From Verrucomicrobiia bacterium (GTDB taxonomy: Bacteria > Verrucomicrobiota > Verrucomicrobiia > Palsa-1439): 64,000 nucleotides of DNA. Both the position numbers and the translations under genes were made by a program. The stretch lies in contig JBEKZD010000003.1 in NCBI GenBank assembly GCA_049510215.1, positions 24,544 to 88,543 of the forward strand, in the 5' to 3' direction. Below are positions 57,705 to 64,000 of the stretch, in pieces; within the stretch, counting starts at the first letter, position 1; each line of letters begins with the position of its first letter. The notes below the pieces were generated by a model. That model had not been told where the DNA came from and did not search any database. It was given only the letters and a program-made list of their open reading frames with translations.

Positions 57705-58400
57705 TCACTTCGGGCTGAACCGCCGGACGATGATCTCGGGCAGATCAATATTATCCGGCTGTTTGAGGAGGAAAACGACCATCGCGGCCACGTCGGCAGG
57801 ACGGATCATCTGCTGGCCTTTCAAGCGGTCGCCGAGGTAGGTGCCCTTGATGAAATCGGTGTCCACCCCGCCGGGACAGAGATTATAGACGTGGATGTTG
57901 TGCGGCTTGGCTTCGATTGCCAGGCTGCGCGCGAACCCGAGCAGGCCGTGTTTGCTTGCGCAATAGGCGGATTGATGCAGATATCCCTGCACGCTGGAGG
58001 TGCTGGCGAGGTTGATGATGCGTCCTTGTTTGCGGGCGATCATGTGCGGCAGCACCTCGCGGCAAATCAGGAACGGCGCAGTGAGATTGACGCGCATCAC
58101 TCGCTCCCAGTCAGGCAGCGAAATCGCCGGAACCTGTTTTTCGAGGAAGATACCGGCGTTGTTGACGAGAATGTCACAAGTGCCCAAGTGTTTCATCGCT
58201 TGAGTAACGGCGCCGGGGATCTGCTTCAAGTCGGCCAGATCGCATTTGATGAACTTGGCGCGGACCGTCGCTCGGGATTTGGTGCGCGATAACAGCGCGA
58301 GCCGCACGCCTTCCCGTGCCAACGCCTGTGCGATGGCCAGCCCGATCCCACGGCTTGCGCCGGTGACGATGGCAGTCTTGCCTTTTATTGATAACGACAT
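57705..58400 (-). CDS. SDR-family oxidoreductase
   Basis: TGASRGIG Rossmann motif. NNAG. Catalytic Y-x3-K (YCASK). Confidence 0.85.
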   Translation of the reverse strand: MSLSIKGKTAIVTGASRGIGLAIAQALAREGVRLALLSRTKSRATVRAKFIKCDLADLKQIPGAVTQAMKHLGTCDILVNNAGIFLEKQVPAISLPDWERVMRVNLTAPFLICREVLPHMIARKQGRIINLASTSSVQGYLHQSAYCASKHGLLGFARSLAIEAKPHNIHVYNLCPGGVDTDFIKGTYLGDRLKGQQMIRPADVAAMVVFLLKQPDNIDLPEIIVRRFSPK

Positions 58401-58404
58401 TTCT

Positions 58405-58575
58405 TTGACCGCGGATTACGCTGATGACGCTGATTGCGCCGAATCGGCGCCCTCATTGGTTATCCGTGCTATCTGCGTTATCCGTGGTTCGTTCCCTCTG
58501 CGTTCATTTCTTTAACTGCGGATAACGCTGATTGCGCCGAATCGGCGCAGTCAGTGGTCTGCGCTCCTAATCACG
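58405..58575. repeat. ~95-bp repeat family, two degenerate copies
   Basis: gcggattacgctgatgacgctgattgcgccgaatcggcgc ... gcggataacgctgattgcgccgaatcggcgc. Confidence 0.65.
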
Positions 58576-58937
58576 CGTTTCCACTCCAATTTGGCGCTCT
58601 TAAAGTTGAGCAGCAACGCCAGTTCAAGACCTGTGATGGCCAGATAACCGGTCATTTGCGCAATGTGCGCATCAATGAAAGCCGTGACGACCTTGGTATC
58701 CACGATCACAGCATTGTCCACGATTAAGTCGGGTACCATGGTGCCCACAAGTTTCCCGTCATAGTGAACAGGGAATTGACTCTGTTGCTCGACTCTGTGG
58801 CCACGTTTCTGAAGCTCAATGACCAAGGCGTTTTCGTAGAGTTTCTCGTCAAGACCGGGTTTCAGGATGTTCAGCACCTGCATTGCCGCGCCAATGATCT
58901 CACGACTGAGTTCCTCATGGATTAACTTTTGGTTCAT
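58551..58937 (-). CDS. GxxExxY-family protein (PD-(D/E)xK-like fold)
   Basis: LSREIIGAAMQVLNILKPGLDEKLYENALVIEL...PDLIVDNAVIVDTKV matches the GxxExxY family pattern. Start trimmed to MNQKLIHEEL. Confidence 0.6.
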   Translation of the reverse strand: MNQKLIHEELSREIIGAAMQVLNILKPGLDEKLYENALVIELQKRGHRVEQQSQFPVHYDGKLVGTMVPDLIVDNAVIVDTKVVTAFIDAHIAQMTGYLAITGLELALLLNFKSAKLEWKRVIRSADH

Positions 58938-58939
58938 CG

Positions 58940-59030
58940 CATCGCGCGGATAACGATTCGTTATCCGCGCCATCCGCGTGATCCGCGGTTCATTTCTCCG
59001 TCAATTCATTTCCTGGCCGCCGGTGACGCT
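58940..59030. repeat. ~95-bp repeat family, partial copy
   Basis: cgcggataacgattcgttatccgcgccatccgcgtgatccgcggttcatttctccgtcaattcatttcctggccgccggtga. Overlaps the 3' end of the SDR gene at 59001-59801. Confidence 0.6.
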
Positions 59031-59801
59031 GAGGGCGATGCCGGTGATGTACGAAGCCGCGTCGCTGGCGAGGAAGACGAGGGTGTTGCAGACGTCGTCG
59101 TAGGTACAACCGCGTTTCATGGGCACCTGGTTGACGTATGCCTGACGAACATCCTCGACGGACTTGGCACCCGGCACTTTGCCGGCGCGGAGATACTGGA
59201 CGAACAAACCTTTGTCGGGATCGGTCCAGAGCGGAGAGTCGAGCAGGTTGCCGGGACAGATGGCGTTGCAGCGGATGCCGTGAGGCGCCATTTCGAGCGC
59301 GACGCTTTGCACGAGGCCGATCCCGCCGAACTTCGTGGCGGCGTATGCGGAGTTGGCGGCGCTGCCTTTCTTGCCGGACTTGGAGTTGATCTGGATGATC
59401 GCGCCGCTGCGCTGCGGTTTCATGACGCGGCAGGCGTGCTTCATCGTGAGAAAATTGCCAAACAAGTTGACGTTCATCACCGCCCGCCACTTTTCGGCAT
59501 CCGCTTCGGCGATGGGTTCGGCGATGAGGATGGCGGCATTGGAGACGACAATGTCCACGCGCTTGAACGTCTCGACGGCCTTGTCGAACAGCGCCTTGAC
59601 CTGCGGCTCCTGTGTGACATCCACCTTGAAGGCGAAACTGCGGCCACCGATCTCCTTAGCGGTTTGTCTCGCCCCGTCCTCGTTCATGTCGGCGACCACA
59701 ACCTCACAACCTTCCTGCACGAGCCGTTGGCAGATGGCCTGGCCGAGTCCCTGCGCCCCGCCGGTGACGACGGCGATTTTGTTTTCGAGTGTTCTGTTCA
59801 T
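59001..59801 (-). CDS. SDR-family oxidoreductase (sorbitol-6-phosphate/polyol dehydrogenase-like)
   Basis: VTGGAQGLG...NAAI...YAATK with catalytic Tyr/Lys. 266 aa. Confidence 0.85.
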   Translation of the reverse strand: MNRTLENKIAVVTGGAQGLGQAICQRLVQEGCEVVVADMNEDGARQTAKEIGGRSFAFKVDVTQEPQVKALFDKAVETFKRVDIVVSNAAILIAEPIAEADAEKWRAVMNVNLFGNFLTMKHACRVMKPQRSGAIIQINSKSGKKGSAANSAYAATKFGGIGLVQSVALEMAPHGIRCNAICPGNLLDSPLWTDPDKGLFVQYLRAGKVPGAKSVEDVRQAYVNQVPMKRGCTYDDVCNTLVFLASDAASYITGIALSVTGGQEMN

Positions 59802-59816
59802 GATCGGTTTAGGAAT

Positions 59817-59880
59817 TTGTAGCCGCGAATCTCATTCGCGGTGAGTGGCAAGAAGCCGCGAAAATGTTTCGCGGCTACAA
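59817..59880. repeat. palindromic intergenic element TTGTAGCCGCGAA...TTCGCGGCTACAA (copy 2 of 2)
   Basis: ttgtagccgcgaatctcattcgcggtgagtggcaagaagccgcgaaaatgtttcgcggctacaa. Confidence 0.75.
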
Positions 59881-59901
59881 CATCGCTGGCAGAACCGTTC
59901 A

Positions 59902-61479
59902 TCATTTCTTGAATTGCTCCAGTAACGCTTTCTCAGCCTTTTCATTCCAGTGACCGTTTTCGAGCGGCAGTTTGCCGCCCAACTCGGTCAATGGCGTCAG
60001 TTTCAGCCCTTTGCACATCGGATAGACAATGATCTTGCCCGGCATGAGGTTTTTCTCCACCGCGCGGATGCCGTCGATTGCGCCGTCGATGCCGGACACG
60101 GCAGCCACGGAAAGATTCGTGTCGAGCTTGCGTGAAGCAACCTTCTTCAAGACGGCCTTCATGTCGTCCAGTGTCGAACCGCTTGTCCCGATGAAATAAC
60201 ACTGTTTCTCGATGTAGGCGTCGAGGTCAATTTCGCCGGTCACGTTCGCGGGAATACCGGCAAAAATATTAATGATCGCGCGCGGCGCGGCGTCCTTCAC
60301 TGCTTGTGCGACCAGAGCCGGCACGGGCGCCATGAGCACGATGTAGTTGAATTTTTCCGCAAGCTTGTCCTTCTGCGGATTGTAAGGGTGCAATGCCACC
60401 CCGTTCTTCTGTGCCAGCGGGGTTGCCAGTTTCTGAAGCATCGCCAAGCGCTCGTCGCTCAGGTCGCCGGCGAAGACGCTCACGCCGGCAACGCCCTGAC
60501 AAAGATCGCGGATGACGTGCATTGTGCCCATCGGACCGGCGGCGCCGATGATGTTGATCTTGTCGTTGGGACGAATCTCGGCGGTGGCGGGAATCGCAGC
60601 CAGGGCGGCGGCGGGGTCGTTGCCCGTCGTGCCTATGACGCGAATGCCGCCGTAGTGGACACGACCAATGGCGCTGAAGACCGGGCGTCCGAACTTCCTG
60701 CCGCACTGGGCAACAACGAACAAGCCGTTCGTTCCGACGTTGGCGAAGAGTTTTTCGGCGACAGCGGGATCGCTACCGAAATAAACCACGTCGTCGAACG
60801 TTCCGCTCGGGAGCGCGGATGGCTTGGCGCGGGTGACTGTTCCAACATTGGTGAGTTTCGGTTCGTCGTCCGCGACGATCAGCGTTTTACCGTCGCGTTT
60901 GAACACGCGGCGCTGTTTCTCGACGTACGCGTCTTCCACGCAGGCCCACGGCTCGCACAATGCGATGGCCGACGCGGACAAATCTTCGGGCGCGGGAATA
61001 AACATGGATTCACCGTCGGGCGCGGTGATGACGCGTTCATCCACCAGCACGTACTCTTGCAGTGCGCCCTCGAAATTGTAGCCAAACGCCGAGTTGGAGT
61101 TGGCCGTCGGCAGCCAGCGGTAGTCGGTCTGCACGAGGTAACGCTCGCCAACCTTGTGGCGGGTGACCTTGTTGCCGACCTTGACGATGCGGATCACCGT
61201 TTCGTGGCCGGGCACGGTCGGTTTATCACCCGGCACGTAGTGAGGCATATCCAGCAGCGCGTTCTGCTCGATTCCTCCGGTGATCTGCGATTTACGGGCA
61301 TGACCGGAAAACTGTTTCAGCAATTTGAGATCGGAGAAGCACAGCCCGACGACTTCGACCCGCCCCAAAATCTGGTGCGGGCCGGGTTGGAAGACAGACT
61401 TGGCCTCGTTGATTCTCAATTGATCCGGACCGACCAATTGCACGGCACGTTGTTGTTTAGGAATGGTCGCGGTTGCCAT
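59902..61479 (-). CDS. long zinc-binding dehydrogenase (MDR superfamily) protein
   Basis: GLCFSDL...GHE... zinc-ligand pattern near the N-terminus and a Rossmann-like GAAGPMG. 525 aa is unusually long for an MDR enzyme. Substrate unknown. Confidence 0.6.
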   Translation of the reverse strand: MATATIPKQQRAVQLVGPDQLRINEAKSVFQPGPHQILGRVEVVGLCFSDLKLLKQFSGHARKSQITGGIEQNALLDMPHYVPGDKPTVPGHETVIRIVKVGNKVTRHKVGERYLVQTDYRWLPTANSNSAFGYNFEGALQEYVLVDERVITAPDGESMFIPAPEDLSASAIALCEPWACVEDAYVEKQRRVFKRDGKTLIVADDEPKLTNVGTVTRAKPSALPSGTFDDVVYFGSDPAVAEKLFANVGTNGLFVVAQCGRKFGRPVFSAIGRVHYGGIRVIGTTGNDPAAALAAIPATAEIRPNDKINIIGAAGPMGTMHVIRDLCQGVAGVSVFAGDLSDERLAMLQKLATPLAQKNGVALHPYNPQKDKLAEKFNYIVLMAPVPALVAQAVKDAAPRAIINIFAGIPANVTGEIDLDAYIEKQCYFIGTSGSTLDDMKAVLKKVASRKLDTNLSVAAVSGIDGAIDGIRAVEKNLMPGKIIVYPMCKGLKLTPLTELGGKLPLENGHWNEKAEKALLEQFKK

Positions 61480-61488
61480 CGTTTCCTT

Positions 61489-62808
61489 TTAGCGAATCTT
61501 CGATAGTATCGTAGCCGGAGTGGCGTCGGCGGGCAAGCTGCGGAGATGATCTTCCTGCGCCGGTTGAAGTTTGCGGCCCAGCTTCTCGAAGAACTCATTC
61601 CTTGCGACCACCGACGCAAATGTCTTTCGCGCCCACGAGCTGAGATAACCGAAGCCGCTCTGCCGTTGCAGCACCGAGTGGGCATAAGCGATGTGCGCCC
61701 CCTTGAGGAATACCGGCACAAACGGATTCAGCTCCGCTGTCTCGAACGAGTCCACAAACTTGTTGCCCGGCGCGTTCATCTCCGTGCCGACGATGATCGG
61801 GAAGTGGTGCTTCTCTGCCAACGCGACCACGTCGCGCAGATTCTGCAGTTTCTGATCTTTCACGCCCGGCGTGTAATTGCGGTCCGGAATTATGTTCAGC
61901 GCTGCAGCCCCTGACGCCATCGCAACCTGGAAAAGTTCTTCGATGCACTTCTCTCCATCGGATGTGCCGTCGAGCCACGTCAACGTCGGGATCGCGCCGG
62001 CTTCAAGCACAAACCGGTTCATTTCGGCCATCAACGGAAACGATCCCTTGCCGGGCTGGACGTAGCCGACGCCGCCACGTTTCATTGTTTTGGCACGGAT
62101 CAGCGCCTGCAACTTGCCGCTTTCCGACGGACAATCACCGAGTTTTTCCCGCCAACACTTCTCCCGCGCGGCACGGTCGGGAAACATCGCTGCCGCTTTG
62201 CGCTCGTATGCCTCGCAGACGTGGCGCTCGGTGGCGTTGCCTTTCGGCGTCAGCGGCAACGCATCCTTTTCGTAATCCAGTTCGACGGGGCGCATGAACG
62301 TGTTGACGCGCGCGATCAACTCGCGGTTGCGTTGCTCCGCCGTGCGGCGCATCGAGGCGAGATACTCCGCCGCGTATCCCGATAACCTGGCTGAGGTGAA
62401 TCCGACGCCCATGTGGTAGGCAATGCCCGGCTCGCCGGGTGAGTTGATGACTCGCGTGGCAAACTCCGGCACGAACACGCGCGACTCCAGGCTCACGCAG
62501 GTCTTCAGACCGAGCAGACGTCCTGCTTCGAGGAATTCTTCCAGGCCGTCGAGCACATCAAAATCCACGATCCCTGCTGCTGTCAGTCCAGCTTTGCGCG
62601 CCAGCCACGCGAACTTCGACGGCGAGTAGCCGTAGGCGTTATAGGAGAATAAGGTGTGGCTGTGTAAATTGACGATGGGTTGAACGGTCGGCCAGAGGCC
62701 GCCCGTTGCCCTGGCGTGCTCGCATAACTGAAGCAACGCCTGTCTTCTGACGCTTGGCTTGAAATCATCAAGCGCTTGTTCCAGTTGACTGACTTCGTGA
62801 GTTTGCAT
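61489..62808 (-). CDS. PHP-domain metal-dependent phosphoesterase family protein
   Basis: VNLHSHTLFS (the PHP HxH motif) and downstream metal-ligand histidines. Start trimmed to MQTHEV. Confidence 0.55.
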   Translation of the reverse strand: MQTHEVSQLEQALDDFKPSVRRQALLQLCEHARATGGLWPTVQPIVNLHSHTLFSYNAYGYSPSKFAWLARKAGLTAAGIVDFDVLDGLEEFLEAGRLLGLKTCVSLESRVFVPEFATRVINSPGEPGIAYHMGVGFTSARLSGYAAEYLASMRRTAEQRNRELIARVNTFMRPVELDYEKDALPLTPKGNATERHVCEAYERKAAAMFPDRAAREKCWREKLGDCPSESGKLQALIRAKTMKRGGVGYVQPGKGSFPLMAEMNRFVLEAGAIPTLTWLDGTSDGEKCIEELFQVAMASGAAALNIIPDRNYTPGVKDQKLQNLRDVVALAEKHHFPIIVGTEMNAPGNKFVDSFETAELNPFVPVFLKGAHIAYAHSVLQRQSGFGYLSSWARKTFASVVARNEFFEKLGRKLQPAQEDHLRSLPADATPATILSKIR

Positions 62809-63134
62809 TGGGAAGATCAAGTTACGCCCAGCAAGTGGAAATGATATTCGCAAGGGGCGTGCGGCGCGTCAAGCACAAGCCCGTCGCTCAGCAACACGGC
62901 GAACGACTGACTTCAATGAGAGAAGTTGCGCGCCATTGACCAAATCCATCATGACGCGGCACAATGTGGTCGCATTGGACGCGCTTGAGCGGCTTGCCGT
63001 CCTTGGAAGCCATATTTCTGGACTTGGACGAAAACGTCAGGCAAAGACCGACGCGGGCCTCCACTTCCCTGACCGATTTCGTTTCCAAAGACCGTTATCT
63101 GCAAGAACTTCGGGTTTTTATAGCAAATTACGGC

Positions 63135-64000
63135 ATGTGTGGTGCTCTTAGTGCTGTCAAAGGAGCGAACGGAGTTTCGGTCAATCCAGTGAACATATTG
63201 GCGGAAACGGTCTTAACTCAATATGACCAGTCGGGTCTTCTGTTCCCGCCTGAGTGGGTCCGAGCCGCGTTGGTTCTGGCCCTGATCAGCATCTGGGTGG
63301 TAATCGGGCTCTTCGTCTACCTCAATCGCACCACCAAGGAATCCTATTTCAACCTCTGGACAGTCGCTTGGATGTTCTACTCCGTGTATTTGGCTGCCGC
63401 GATCGGCTTGGAGGAAACACCGGACACGCCGTTTCTCGTCATGGTGCGGCGCGCGTGCATCGGGATCAGTGCGCTGTTCATGTTCTGGGGCAGTTTTCAG
63501 CTCACGGGTCACAGCCGCAATCGATGGGAACTCGGCTCGGCGACAATCCTGATGCTGCTCTGGAGTTGCGTCGCAGCCTACAAGGTGCAAGCCCGACTCT
63601 GGATCACGACTCCCGTCTTTGTGCTGCTGTCGGCTGCGGGCATCTATACGGGCATCCTGTATATGCGCCACCGCAAACGACATCACGGCGCAAATATTCT
63701 GGCTGTGGGGTTTTTGCTCTGGGGCGTGCACCTCCTGGCGTTTCCATTCGTCGAACGATCGCCCGCGCTCCTGGCGGGAGGGTATCTGACTTCTGCCGCG
63801 CTGTCGCTATTGATTACGGTGGGCATGGTTGTCGAACATCAATTCACCCTGTCAGAGCAGAATTACCGGGAGCTGTTCGACTCGGCAGGCGACGCCATGT
63901 TTCTGGTGGATTATGAAACGTTGCGCATTCTGGAGGCAAATCCCTCCGCGCATCGGTTGGCGGGCCATGAAAATGCGAAGCTGATTGGTCGAAGCATCCT
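63135..64000 (+). CDS. membrane sensor protein with a PAS domain; the 3' end lies beyond the window
   Basis: Frame-0 reading from ATG 63135 has no stop before the window end, so it is absent from the ORF track. Five or six hydrophobic segments (LVLALISIWVVIGLFVYL...), then TLSEQNYRELFDSAGDAMFLVDYETLRILEANPSAHRLAGHENAKLIGRS (PAS). Confidence 0.45.
   Translation, partial: MCGALSAVKGANGVSVNPVNILAETVLTQYDQSGLLFPPEWVRAALVLALISIWVVIGLFVYLNRTTKESYFNLWTVAWMFYSVYLAAAIGLEETPDTPFLVMVRRACIGISALFMFWGSFQLTGHSRNRWELGSATILMLLWSCVAAYKVQARLWITTPVFVLLSAAGIYTGILYMRHRKRHHGANILAVGFLLWGVHLLAFPFVERSPALLAGGYLTSAALSLLITVGMVVEHQFTLSEQNYRELFDSAGDAMFLVDYETLRILEANPSAHRLAGHENAKLIGRSI

Noticed and set aside
52878-59030. 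Possible CRISPR array suggested by regularly recurring ~95-bp repeats
   Set aside because: Repeat units are about 95 bp (not 24-48 bp), are separated by whole genes of 0.4-4.5 kb rather than 30-40-bp spacers, and no cas genes are present. Treated as a REP/cassette-associated repeat family instead.
52878-59030. Super-integron interpretation of the repeat/cassette array
   Set aside because: No intI or tyrosine recombinase in the window. Cassette orientations are mixed. The GTT(T/C)AA(C/T) core only loosely resembles the attC R box GTTRRRY. Kept as a low-probability hypothesis inside a finding, not as a feature.

Overview
High-GC (~62%) chromosomal window from a saccharolytic bacterium, most likely a member of the PVC group such as the Verrucomicrobia; this assignment is tentative and rests on gene content. 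It is densely coded.

Core genes include trpE, hisI and hisF, two CorC/CNNM transporters, a SurA-like peptidyl-prolyl isomerase, rdgB, glgA, leuS, an M16 peptidase, a 2-oxoacid dehydrogenase operon (fused E1 alpha/beta, E2, lpdA), a DeoR regulator and several oxidoreductases. There is also a pentose/hexuronate catabolic cluster (uxaC, a UxaE-like epimerase, araD, araB, a FucI-family isomerase and an FGGY kinase).

Four things stand out:
1. An all-minus-strand glycosylation locus (9.7-18.3 kb). It pairs two Dpm1-like GT2 enzymes with two GT-C (GT39/ArnT-like) membrane transferases, next to a complete GDP-D-glycero-alpha-D-manno-heptose pathway (gmhA, hddA, hddC) and an unusual zinc-ribbon NAD-epimerase/dehydratase. 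This suggests a polyprenyl-phospho-heptose donor system.
2. A low-GC island at 53.0-57.6 kb flanked by direct copies of a ~95-bp repeat. It encodes a small PD-(D/E)xK restriction-endonuclease-like protein, a beta-class N6/N4 DNA methyltransferase with a C-terminal extension, a 648-aa MORC/MutL-like GHKL ATPase with a C-terminal PD..ExK motif, and a DUF2283 protein. This is a candidate non-canonical, ATPase-augmented restriction-modification or defence module.
3. A second low-GC island (32.4-34.3 kb) with four divergent ~70-aa HTH paralogs around an HTH plus Schlafen-like AlbA_2 protein.
4. A pervasive population of small palindromic repeats. Two MITE-like families have copies inserted in frame inside leuS and an MFS transporter gene. 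Co-directional gene spacers in the heptose locus are built from short direct repeats followed by their inverted copies, giving long imperfect hairpins. A ~95-bp repeat family alternates with gene cassettes between 52.9 and 59.0 kb.

No rRNA, tRNA or CRISPR array was recognised.
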